A stretch of 64,000 nt of DNA from positions 256,830 through 320,829 of the forward strand of contig OY970318.1 in assembly GCA_963716565.1 (NCBI GenBank). Reading direction: 5' to 3'. This document shows positions 52,511-60,294 of the stretch, one piece after another. The translations under genes were made by a program, and so were the position numbers. Within the stretch, counting starts at the first letter, position 1. Each line of letters starts with the position of its first letter. The notes beneath the pieces were generated by a model. That model was not told where the DNA came from. It saw only the letters and a program-made list of their open reading frames with translations, and searched no databases. Origin of the DNA: an uncultured Candidatus Saccharibacteria bacterium (GTDB lineage: Bacteria > Patescibacteriota > Saccharimonadia > Saccharimonadales > CAIOMD01).

Positions 52511-53170
52511 TTAACGCGGCTGGATGATCTTTTTGGCATACTCTAACGCGACCAGCGTTTTCTTGGTAGCCCGTAGAATCTTTTTTGGTACTTTGCCGTC
52601 CGGCCACAATACGCAAAGGGTAGCCGGGTTGAAGCAGCGAAGAATAACCTCGTCGCGCCAAACACCGCCAACCAAGGAGCATTTTGGCAACCGACCAAAC
52701 TCAACATAGCCCACGCCAGCCAGTGCCTTTGCCGAAGCAGTGTTGCCATCTCTGTAGCCTGAATCTATACCGTACAGCCCAAGCTCATTGAAGGCGTACC
52801 ACGTTCTGAACCGATGGGTTACAGAAGCTATGCCTTTGCCCCACCAGTTAGTATCAGCCAGCACAATGCCGCTTTCGTAATAGTGGGCACTTCTACGACC
52901 CAAGCCAGTAACACCTATCAGCTCTTCTTTGTCGTCTTGCTTGACGGCCACCAGCCACTCTACAACGCCTTGGTCGGTTCGAGCCTTTTCTAGCCACTCT
53001 TCTTCGTCTTTGATGGTCATGCTGCCACCGATAGTAATGAACTCGTTTACACGATAGTTGCACAGTAGGCTCGATAGCTTTTCGGCATCACCCGGCTGGG
53101 GCCCCCTCATCACAATCGTGAAAGGTTGCCCGGCATTGGCTTGCTCCACTTCAAATCGCGGACCAAACAT
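52511..53170 (-). CDS. GNAT family N-acetyltransferase (RimJ/RimL-like)
   Basis: WWGKGIASVTHRFRTWYAFNELGL acetyl-CoA binding region. AAAAGGAGG Shine-Dalgarno. G+C-richer than its neighbours. Confidence 0.83.
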   Translation of the reverse strand: MFGPRFEVEQANAGQPFTIVMRGPQPGDAEKLSSLLCNYRVNEFITIGGSMTIKDEEEWLEKARTDQGVVEWLVAVKQDDKEELIGVTGLGRRSAHYYESGIVLADTNWWGKGIASVTHRFRTWYAFNELGLYGIDSGYRDGNTASAKALAGVGYVEFGRLPKCSLVGGVWRDEVILRCFNPATLCVLWPDGKVPKKILRATKKTLVALEYAKKIIQPR

Positions 53171-53255
53171 TTTGTTAACCTCCTTTTAGTAGGAACTAGC
53201 CCCATCTTGTGATGGAGCCCAAACGACCTCTCGCTACTAAAAAGTTTTTGATTTA

Positions 53256-53281
53256 AAAAAGCCTCCTTTGGCGGGAGGCTC
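53256..53281 (-). terminator. hairpin terminator
   Basis: Minus strand reads AGCCTCC-CGCCAAA-GGAGGCT followed by TTTTT. Confidence 0.5.
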
Positions 53282-53475
53282 TTTGGGATTCACCAATTTT
53301 TGTCTATCAAAAAACCTCTCCACTAATAATCTGTTCTTTATCGCCTAAGAACATATTTGCAGAAATATAACTTGTGGATTGATTATCATTACGCATGATT
53401 TTTAATATTAAACATAAACTCAATACTTGTCAAATTTTATTCGACCATTAACACCGCTGAAAATGCAAAAAGATT

Positions 53476-54075
53476 CTAAAACTTAATGCGGTTTTTTCTG
53501 GCTTTTAAAGATACCGCGTCTAGTTTTTGTATGAATGGGTCAACCTTGCAACATTCTGTTGTATCCCTTAATAATTCTTCTATGGCGGGTTTGTGTTTGC
53601 TAGTAAAAGTCATAACCGACTCACTCAAAAACTGCAGTTGGCCCTCCAGCCTATCTAGCGCCTTTAAAACTTTGGCCTCATTAGTTTTTTGGTCTTCGAA
53701 CTCTACAAATAAATCGTAAACTTCTTTACCACTCGACCCAAGCATTTTTTGAATCTTCTTCATGGCTTTTAATTCTTGTTCGTGCTTAGACTTACCGGCT
53801 TTTTTATTGTTGATGTGTTGGAGTATGGGTATATCTTTATATTCAATTTCTACTAAGTCGTGAATAATAGCCATTTTTAAGGCTTTTAAAAGATCAATTC
53901 TAATTTTTAGTTTTGGCGCTACCAAAACTAACATCAAAGAGACCCGCCAACAATGTTCTGCCACGCTTTCGCGGTCGTTATTACTTTTAGAAGCCTGCCG
54001 AAGTTCCACTTTTAACTTTTCGGCATAGTGAATAAAATCAACAACTACCTGCGCCTCATCCTCAACCGATTTCAT
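53476..54075 (-). CDS. HD-domain phosphohydrolase (YfbR-like)
   Basis: VAEHCWRVSL (His) and AIIHDLVEIE (HD) motifs. Confidence 0.87.
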   Translation of the reverse strand: MKSVEDEAQVVVDFIHYAEKLKVELRQASKSNNDRESVAEHCWRVSLMLVLVAPKLKIRIDLLKALKMAIIHDLVEIEYKDIPILQHINNKKAGKSKHEQELKAMKKIQKMLGSSGKEVYDLFVEFEDQKTNEAKVLKALDRLEGQLQFLSESVMTFTSKHKPAIEELLRDTTECCKVDPFIQKLDAVSLKARKNRIKF

Positions 54076-54091
54076 ACCGCCAGTATAGCAA
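54073..54091 (-). promoter_or_regulatory. leaderless promoter-start module (copy 2 of 3)
   Basis: Exact TTGCTATACTGGCGGTATG on the minus strand, ending in the HD gene ATG. Confidence 0.6.
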
Positions 54092-54123
54092 AAAGGATTT
54101 AGCTTATACCGTGCTCGCTTTAA

Positions 54124-54903
54124 TCAATTTTTTGTAAGAGCGATCGCACTGAACTTTGGTGCAAAACCGATACGCTTATAGAATTCGTAAGGGTAGTGGC
54201 CAGCCTCGGTCGCCAGACAGTGAAGGGTGTTACCATTTTTTATCGATTGTCTAACGGCATAAAGCGACACGGCCTTGCCAAAACCCTCGCCCCTAACAGT
54301 TAGTAAAGAACCAACGTTAGAAATATAGCCAATACCACCGTAATTAGTTAAAGATGACACGCCCACGGGCTTATCGTTTTTGTACGCCATAAAATATTGA
54401 ATACGCCCAGACTCGTGGTGTTTCTGCCAAGCGCTTTTGGCTGTATCCAAGTAATCGCCCAGTTCGCCATAGGGGTTTTTGGGATCGTCTTTTTTATAAC
54501 AATTATTAAAAGTATCTATAAAAATTTCTAGGCCAGCTTCGCTATCAATAGTTTTTATAGTGTCAAATTTTGCTGTATCTATTACCGTTTTAGAATCATA
54601 AAATTCCCAGCAATCTTCGGCACTCTTGGCGTAGCCTTTTGACTGCAGCAGCTTTTTAAAACTCTCTAGTTCTTGGCAATCCTCAAAATAAATAGTTGGT
54701 TGGCGATTGATTTTTTTAAAAGCATCTTCTATTTGCCGAATTTCGGCATCCGAAAGCGTCTTGTTGACAAAAGCAAGGTTCCACCAACAAGAAGAATCAG
54801 TTTTTGAATAGGCTAATTTAGCAAAACCAAGCTCGCTGGTTTCATCAAACATAATGTCGCTTTGCAGTTCAATATACTTTTGCAAAAACTCTTGATTACT
54901 CAT
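54124..54903 (-). CDS. GNAT family N-acetyltransferase
   Basis: VRGEGFGKAVSLYAV (R/QxxGxG/A motif) in the C-terminal half. Confidence 0.83.
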   Translation of the reverse strand: MSNQEFLQKYIELQSDIMFDETSELGFAKLAYSKTDSSCWWNLAFVNKTLSDAEIRQIEDAFKKINRQPTIYFEDCQELESFKKLLQSKGYAKSAEDCWEFYDSKTVIDTAKFDTIKTIDSEAGLEIFIDTFNNCYKKDDPKNPYGELGDYLDTAKSAWQKHHESGRIQYFMAYKNDKPVGVSSLTNYGGIGYISNVGSLLTVRGEGFGKAVSLYAVRQSIKNGNTLHCLATEAGHYPYEFYKRIGFAPKFSAIALTKN

Positions 54904-54919
54904 ACCGCCAGTATAGCAA
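54901..54919 (-). promoter_or_regulatory. leaderless promoter-start module (copy 3 of 3)
   Basis: Exact TTGCTATACTGGCGGTATG on the minus strand, ending in the GNAT gene ATG. Confidence 0.6.
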
Positions 54920-55012
54920 GGATTAGTTAGGCCAACTGCATTTAAAATCTGTTATTATTTTCTTAGATCCGAAGAGCATCAGCAAAGGGCTGTCTACAGA
55001 TTGGAGTTTAAA

Positions 55013-55849
55013 ATGGGAGAGAAACGCAAGACAAAGCCAATGATTTGGCAAGAGATCTACAACAAGGTTGTAGACGAAGTCAGCAAGGGCATGATCTTCT
55101 CGTTCAACGCCATCCAGCTCGGCGAGTTCGTTGACACGGTCGTAGAAGAAGGGTGGTCCCGAGGCTACCTCGACAAGCAGCTTCGCAAGTTGTTGTCGCT
55201 CGCAAGACAAGGCAAGCTGGGCCTGATGAAGTATCATGCCGACCATTTCGGCCTTGATGCCAAGATGGTCAAGCTTGCCGATGCACTCGAAGACAACGAC
55301 TTTCAGCGGAACTTCGACTTGGTGGTTGGTGTTCTCGGCAGCAACAACTACACCGTCGTTTCGGCAACTGGCCTATACCACTACCTAAGGGAAGTCCGTG
55401 CGCACGGCCTTATCGGACCCGAAATAAGCGAGCAAGTGCAAAGGCTCTGCAATTTCGTTCTCGAAGGCAGGCTCGGAGAACTCAACACCAAGAGGGCGGC
55501 CAAAGAGTTCGGGTTTGATACGTCAATCGTGTATCTGTCCTACGCCCTGTACAAGGGCAAGGCAGACCAACAAAGCCGTATCACTACAGACGACATCGTG
55601 AAGGCGATCAACCAAGAGTGTCGCGGCTACGATACCGTCGCGCTCGATCTTCTGGCGAAGTTCATAGAAGAGGTCAAGGCTGCAGAGTGGGGCCCACATA
55701 AGCTCCACCAGCAGCTCAAGGTCTTCTTCCGTCTTGCGCACAACCGCAGGCTGTCTGATGTAGGGCCCGAAAACGATTTTCTCGGGCTCGACCCAGCAGT
55801 CATGACCCGCCTGATCGATGCCTACGAGCAGGCCCACCCCCGTCTGTAA
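55013..55849 (+). CDS. hypothetical protein built from three ~85-aa internal repeats
   Basis: GGAG Shine-Dalgarno 6 nt before ATG 55013. G+C-rich. Each repeat ends in an FG(L/F)D...L..A.E pattern: HFGLDAKMVKLADALE, EFGFDTSIVYLSYALY, DFLGLDPAVMTRLIDAYE. Confidence 0.62.
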   Translation: MGEKRKTKPMIWQEIYNKVVDEVSKGMIFSFNAIQLGEFVDTVVEEGWSRGYLDKQLRKLLSLARQGKLGLMKYHADHFGLDAKMVKLADALEDNDFQRNFDLVVGVLGSNNYTVVSATGLYHYLREVRAHGLIGPEISEQVQRLCNFVLEGRLGELNTKRAAKEFGFDTSIVYLSYALYKGKADQQSRITTDDIVKAINQECRGYDTVALDLLAKFIEEVKAAEWGPHKLHQQLKVFFRLAHNRRLSDVGPENDFLGLDPAVMTRLIDAYEQAHPRL

Positions 55850-55893
55850 CTCCTATGCGCCTAGTAGGGCACAACAAGCTTTTCGGTGAATTA

Positions 55894-55919
55894 AAGGAGG
55901 CTTTGGCGCGAGCCTCCTT
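55894..55919. terminator. hairpin between convergent genes
   Basis: AAGGAGGCT-TTGGCGCG-AGCCTCCTT. There is no clear U-run on the + strand and only a short T-run on the minus strand. Confidence 0.45.
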
Positions 55920-55967
55920 CACCCAAGAAATATAATATTTATAAGATATTTAATGACTCAGCTAGAG

Positions 55968-56375
55968 TTACATATAACCTAGTTTTTCGAACAGGATGCG
56001 CGAAGGGGGAACAATGTCGTATTTTGGCAAATCTTCTTTGGCGACCCACTCGATTTTTTCTATGCCTTCGCCAACAACAATTTCGCCGCTTTGGTATTCG
56101 CACAGAACATCTAAGTAAACAAAGAATTTTTTAACGCCATCTAGGTCGTTTTTAATTTCGGTGTCCCACGAAAGCTTATTTTTTACAGTAATATCAATAC
56201 CAGCCTTGGCTCTTACTTCGGCCTTAACCGCGTCATCGGGGCTAACATCTGGTGTAGCCGTTGCCCCGAATATGTACCAAGTTTCTTTATAGGGCGGGGA
56301 ACCATCCGGCTTTTTGCGCATTAAAATTTTGCCGTCTTTTTCGACTATCGCTATTATAAGTACTTTAGTTTCCAT
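55968..56375 (-). CDS. Nudix-fold protein with degenerate Nudix box
   Basis: GATATPDVSPDDAVKAEVRAKAGI occupies the Nudix-box position, but the REUXEE glutamates are replaced. TGTTATACT -10 box 6 nt before the ATG. Confidence 0.72.
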   Translation of the reverse strand: METKVLIIAIVEKDGKILMRKKPDGSPPYKETWYIFGATATPDVSPDDAVKAEVRAKAGIDITVKNKLSWDTEIKNDLDGVKKFFVYLDVLCEYQSGEIVVGEGIEKIEWVAKEDLPKYDIVPPSRILFEKLGYM

Positions 56376-56476
56376 AATGTGAGTATAACAAATATTGACT
56401 TCCTAGCCCCTTTATGGTATCATATACATTATCATGGCAACCGCTGTGACGAATCGTCTCCCGAAAGGAGAAGAGG

Positions 56477-56758
56477 TTGATAATTTATTTGGATTGCAAT
56501 GCGTTACGCAGAATGGCTAGAAAGGCCCTCCGAGAGGGCACTTTGCCACCAGAATGTGACTACGTAGAAGAATCCGATCTTCTGGACATCTGGTGTTACA
56601 AGGGCGATCCTCGGATCTATTGCTCCTTCGCCGGATTGTCAGAGACAGAGTGCACACCCAAGGGGGGCTCTGTCGACGACTATATGGTTCACATAGGGTC
56701 CAGGATGGCAGTCGGGATTCTTGATCTCGGGTCTGCTGAAATTACCTGGGTCAGCTAA
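56477..56758 (+). CDS. hypothetical protein (G+C-rich orphan)
   Basis: 93-aa ORF with TTG start and AAAGGAG Shine-Dalgarno 6 nt upstream. TGGTATCAT -10 box at about 56416-56424. Confidence 0.5.
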   Translation: MIIYLDCNALRRMARKALREGTLPPECDYVEESDLLDIWCYKGDPRIYCSFAGLSETECTPKGGSVDDYMVHIGSRMAVGILDLGSAEITWVS

Positions 56759-56921
56759 ATAAAGGCAGACCCGGGCTTAGCAAACGCAACATATCGATCG
56801 GATGGGCCCTGTAATCTAGCCCGGCTAGATTGCATTGACGCTTCGCGAGTATTGCATCACCGGCCAACCTTGGCCCAACCTCTGCTGTTGGGTGATATCG
56901 CAAGATAACACCTAACAGCTT

Positions 56922-56972
56922 CCGCTCACTAAGTGTGTGCTTAGTCTGACGAGTCGAAAACGACGAAAGCGA
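56922..56972 (+). ncRNA. type III hammerhead ribozyme motif, copy 1
   Basis: CGC-U-C (predicted cleavage after 56927). Helix I ACUAAG-UGUGUG-CUUAGU, then CUGACGA. Helix II GUCG-AAAA-CGAC, then GAAA and GCG. All invariant core positions are present. Confidence 0.8.
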
Positions 56973-56980
56973 AAAACAAT

Positions 56981-57373
56981 CTAGCGTTGCCACTGGGTAA
57001 TATGCGGGGAGAAGTCTACCTGATAATCGGGTATGCCAATCGCTATGCCATATTTTGTGGCTTCGTTGTATTGCTCTTTGTTGGAGCGGTCGGTTATATG
57101 AAAAACCTTATCACGATAGATTATGTAGTGCTCTTTATCACTTCTATAATCAGCGTACCAATCATGTTCTTCGTCTAATGCTTTGCTAAGTTTTTGGGCA
57201 ACTTCGGCCGCTTTTTCTGCCGGCACTTCAACTTCGTGCATAATCCATTGCTTTACCCACGGAGTTTTATGTTTTTCGGTCGCTGGCTCAACCTCGGTTG
57301 ATACAATTTTTACGTCTTCTAATACAGATAAGTCTGTTAAGCTTTCTTCAATAATAGTGCCTCGAAAATCCAT
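56981..57373 (-). CDS. hypothetical protein
   Basis: 130-aa ORF. TGGTATCAT -10 box 6 nt before the ATG. No family recognised. Confidence 0.68.
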   Translation of the reverse strand: MDFRGTIIEESLTDLSVLEDVKIVSTEVEPATEKHKTPWVKQWIMHEVEVPAEKAAEVAQKLSKALDEEHDWYADYRSDKEHYIIYRDKVFHITDRSNKEQYNEATKYGIAIGIPDYQVDFSPHITQWQR

Positions 57374-57517
57374 ATTTTTATGATACCAGAAATCGCTAGC
57401 CGATAATGCCTTAAAGAGATATAATGTACTCGCTCGTTTTGAGTTGTTTCTACAAGATTTTTAAACCAAGAACTTGTTTTGTTTGAAAATCTTAACAGAG
57501 GCGAGCCGGCCATAAAA

Positions 57518-57558
57518 ATACGCAATTAATTTTTTGTTAAATAAAATTGATTGCGTAT
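57518..57558. repeat. AT-rich inverted repeat just upstream of tRNA-Gln
   Basis: ATACGCAATTAATTTT / AAAATTGATTGCGTAT: 16-nt arms with one mismatch and a 9-nt loop. Confidence 0.6.
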
Positions 57559-57578
57559 TAAAAGGCCGAGATCGCCGA

Positions 57579-57653
57579 TGGGACGTGGCCAAGTGGTAAG
57601 GCACCAGGTTTTGGTCCTGGCATTCGGGGGTTCGAATCCCTCCGTCCCAGCCA
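57579..57653 (+). tRNA. trnQ: tRNA-Gln (anticodon TTG), CCA encoded
   Basis: TGGGACG acceptor pairs with CGTCCCA. Anticodon stem CCAGG/CCTGG with loop TTTTGGT, T-arm GGGGGTTCGAATCCCTC, 75 nt. Confidence 0.9.
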
Positions 57654-57810
57654 CGAAAGTACCGGGTTTTATGCCCAGTTTTTTCGTGGCTTGACCAGGA
57701 AGCAAACCAACTGCTTGGTTTGCGTGGGATTCGAACAGGCGGAGCAATGTCGAGCTATTCAGCGAGACCGCGAGCCGGGCCCGAACGCAAAAAGCAAAGC
57801 TTTTTGACGT

Positions 57811-57838
57811 GTGGGTCGAAATCCCTCCGTCCCAGCCA
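57811..57838 (+). repeat. duplicate of the tRNA-Gln 3' end (T-arm half + acceptor + CCA)
   Basis: ATCCCTCCGTCCCAGCCA (57821-57838) is identical to 57636-57653. The preceding GGGTCGAA resembles GGGTTCGA of the tRNA. Confidence 0.85.
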
Positions 57839-57916
57839 AGTGATACGCATGGAATGGAAGTCCCGGAAGTCCAGGTTGCCCTGATTTGAAACGACGATAA
57901 CTGTATACTAGGTGCA

Positions 57917-58420
57917 ATGAAAGTTTTCATAACATCAAGCTCCGGTGTTGGTAAGACAGCTGTCGTCGCTGAGCTAAAAAAGCGGGGTTATACAGCTTAC
58001 GATGCTGACGACCACGAGCTTAATTTAACTAGGTTAGAAGTTAAAGAAACTGGTGAACCGGTGGAATGGCCGAAGGGTTATGTTGATTGGCATTATTACT
58101 CTTGGAGCGCTAATGAAGAAAGACTAAAAGAGCTCCTTGCTAGCGCCGAAATCGTTTTTATAAGCGGTTTTTTGGGTAATCAAGAGAAGCTGTATCATTA
58201 TTTTGATAAATTAATTGCATTAACCATTGACCCGCAAGAACATGAACGACGGCTGCGGAGTCGCCCAAAACGCGAGGTCGGTGACGATGAACAAAACATC
58301 CAACGAAGGCTAGAAAGATATTCTGGGCATATAGAAAAGTTTATTGCCACTGGCTTTATTCTTATTGATAATTCTGGTCCAGTTACACAGACTGTAGACA
58401 AAATCGAACAAGTTATTTAG
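57917..58420 (+). CDS. P-loop kinase/NTPase
   Basis: Walker A SSSGVGKTAV near the N-terminus. 167 aa. TATACT -10 box 7 nt before the ATG. Confidence 0.75.
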   Translation: MKVFITSSSGVGKTAVVAELKKRGYTAYDADDHELNLTRLEVKETGEPVEWPKGYVDWHYYSWSANEERLKELLASAEIVFISGFLGNQEKLYHYFDKLIALTIDPQEHERRLRSRPKREVGDDEQNIQRRLERYSGHIEKFIATGFILIDNSGPVTQTVDKIEQVI

Positions 58421-58539
58421 AGGTATAGCGAAAGAAAGTTAAAAAGGTCCTAGGCCGCGATGCTTAGCCAAGCATAAGCATTATTTTCTACATTTGGAAT
58501 TTTAGTAATATCAAATCCCGAAACTGTTAAACTAGTGAC

Positions 58540-59196
58540 ATGAAAATATTCTTATCATCAGCCGGCATCAGAACCGAAGAGCTGGCACAAAGTTTGTCAA
58601 ATCTCGCAGGCAAACCATTAGATCAAATTAATGTTGCAGTTATTAATGAAGCTTCTGCCGTAGAACCTGGAGATAAAACCTGGTTCATTGACGAGATCAA
58701 TTATTTAAGAAAATACATTGGCGGTGAGATTGATTTTGTTGATTTATTGGCCCTTAACATAAAAGAAATTGCAGAACGACTTGAATTTGCAGATGTCATA
58801 TATGTAGTTGGGGGCAACCCGGACTATCTACGTTTCTTATACGACAAGACTGGTTTTAGTAAACTCCTTATCGATGATCTACTTAATAAAAAGGTTTATG
58901 TGGGCAGTTCGGCTGGCTCGATGGTACTTGGCAGGCGTGGCTCTACTAATGAATACCAGCATTATTACGGTGAGGATCGTACATTTGGGACAGAAGATTA
59001 CTTAGGTGTCGTTGACTTTGTTATAAAACCACATTTTGAAAGCGCAGACTTACCGAAGAATCACAAAGATATTCTACTAAAAGCTAGCATTGATGAGCGA
59101 CTTCAAATTTATGCTATCAAAGACAGTCAAGCCATAATAAAAGATGAAGAGAAAATATCTTTTGTAGGCGGAGAAGTATTTTCTGCAGGCTCTTAA
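58540..59196 (+). CDS. peptidase S51 (dipeptidase E-like) family protein
   Basis: VVGGNPDYL and GSSAGSMVLG (Ser nucleophile) motifs. Confidence 0.83.
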   Translation: MKIFLSSAGIRTEELAQSLSNLAGKPLDQINVAVINEASAVEPGDKTWFIDEINYLRKYIGGEIDFVDLLALNIKEIAERLEFADVIYVVGGNPDYLRFLYDKTGFSKLLIDDLLNKKVYVGSSAGSMVLGRRGSTNEYQHYYGEDRTFGTEDYLGVVDFVIKPHFESADLPKNHKDILLKASIDERLQIYAIKDSQAIIKDEEKISFVGGEVFSAGS

Positions 59197-59228
59197 TTTC
59201 GAATTCTGTTCGCCAGAAGAACCCAAAT

Positions 59229-59627
59229 TTATTTCTTTATAACAGCAGTGACTTCAATTTCAACTTTGTTGCCTTTACGCGTCATGGCATTTACTTCTAG
59301 CACCGTGCTAACTGGCCTACTATTCGCGAACCATTTGTCCCTAATTGCTGACACTTTTTCGAAATCGTTCATGTCAGTTAAAAATATTTGGGCTTTTACA
59401 GCATCGTCCATAGAAGCACCGGCCGCATTTAAAGTTCTTTCGACAGCCTTAAATACGAGTTCGGTTTGTTCTTCTACATCATCTGTTATTGCTTCGTTAT
59501 TTTCGTTCTTTCCAACTTGTTGGCCAGAAACAAAGATTAAATAGGCATTGCCAATATCAATCTTCTTGGCGGGTGAATAGAACCCCCGCGTTTGTTGCCA
59601 ATCATCCGGATAAATATTCTCAATCAT
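59229..59627 (-). CDS. RidA/YjgF/L-PSP family protein
   Basis: FVSGQ, KAQIFLTDMNDF and VEIEVTAV motifs. Start reassigned to ATG 59627, 7 nt after a TGATACAAT -10 box. Confidence 0.86.
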   Translation of the reverse strand: MIENIYPDDWQQTRGFYSPAKKIDIGNAYLIFVSGQQVGKNENNEAITDDVEEQTELVFKAVERTLNAAGASMDDAVKAQIFLTDMNDFEKVSAIRDKWFANSRPVSTVLEVNAMTRKGNKVEIEVTAVIKK

Positions 59628-59767
59628 GCCTTTTATTGTATCAGACCCGTTTTTCTGTTTTCGAAGCACTACTATAATTGACTTTTTTCGTTCTTTATGT
59701 TATCCTAGGCCCATAACTACAACCCGTAGTTTGAGTTGGGGAACCGACTTGAAAACAAGGAGATTGG

Positions 59768-60122
59768 CATGCCACTGCATATACTCGTAAAAGAAGATTG
59801 GCAGACCAAGCACGGACCACCCGGATTTACGCCGTTGCTTCAAGCACAGCGCCAGTTCGAACTGGCGTTTCCGGACAACGTTGGGTTCACATTGACCGAC
59901 TTTCTTGTCGGCATCGGGAACAACGAGCCAGAGGGCAGCAAGCGCGTTAGAACCAGGATAAGCAGCCCGTTCCACGAGCTAGAGAACGCCGTCGTGGTAC
60001 AGTGCGGCCCACCGGAAGCCAGTGACAACTTCGATGCCATGGTCCAAGTCGTTCGCGATGTTGCGGATGGGTTCGTAGCGCAGATGCAGACGAACGCCAA
60101 GCAGTTCGCCGCCGAATCCTAG
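59768..60122 (+). CDS. hypothetical protein (G+C-rich orphan)
   Basis: AAGGAG Shine-Dalgarno 7 nt before ATG 59768. 117 aa with no recognisable motif. Confidence 0.55.
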
Positions 60123-60141
60123 GCCTCTGGACGCCAGCTTA

Positions 60142-60171
60142 GGTAGGGGGCGCACTATAGCGCCCCCTACC
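60142..60171 (+). terminator. perfect 12-bp GC-rich hairpin
   Basis: GGTAGGGGGCGC-ACTATA-GCGCCCCCTACC, 20 nt after the stop codon. No U-run follows. Confidence 0.5.
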
Positions 60172-60191
60172 GACAGCGCCTCCTTGTTCTC

Positions 60192-60244
60192 TTTACTTCA
60201 TAAGTGTGTACTTATGCTGACGAGTCGAAAACGACGAAAGTAAA
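60192..60244 (+). ncRNA. type III hammerhead ribozyme motif, copy 2
   Basis: UUUAC-U-U (predicted cleavage after 60198). Helix I CAUAAG-UGUGUA-CUUAUG, then CUGACGA. Helix II GUCG-AAAA-CGAC, then GAAA and GUAAA. Helix III is 5 bp plus A15.1-U16.1. Confidence 0.85.
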
Positions 60245-60294
60245 ATACTTTGCTTATGCTTGCAAGCTTATTGTTTGCAGAATATTATGAAAAC

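Noticed and set aside
53306-53395. 29-codon minus-strand ORF (MRNDNQSTSYISANMFLGDKEQIISGEVF) in the AT-rich gap
   Set aside because: No Shine-Dalgarno, promoter spacing or motif support, so it is probably non-coding spacer.
54923-55246. 107-aa minus-strand ORF, plus the similar ORFs at 55523-55837 and 56751-56993
   Set aside because: Shadow frames within G+C-rich segments. The 56751-56993 ORF also overlaps the hammerhead motif and the structured 3' region.
57654-57838. The tRNA-like 3' end as a tmRNA (standard or permuted)
   Set aside because: The acceptor sequence is that of tRNA-Gln (U1-A72, no G3-U70 alanine identity). No tag-peptide reading frame is present, and no matching 5' acceptor strand exists other than the tRNA itself.
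57526-57930. 134-aa minus-strand ORF
   Set aside because: Runs antisense across tRNA-Gln and its duplicated 3' end. It is an artefact of the G+C-rich insert.
56927-60198. The 3.27-kb interval between the two hammerhead cleavage sites as a ribozyme-bounded (circular RNA or retrozyme-like) unit
   Set aside because: The interval contains genes on both strands, a tRNA, and independent promoters and terminators. It cannot be a single sense transcript.
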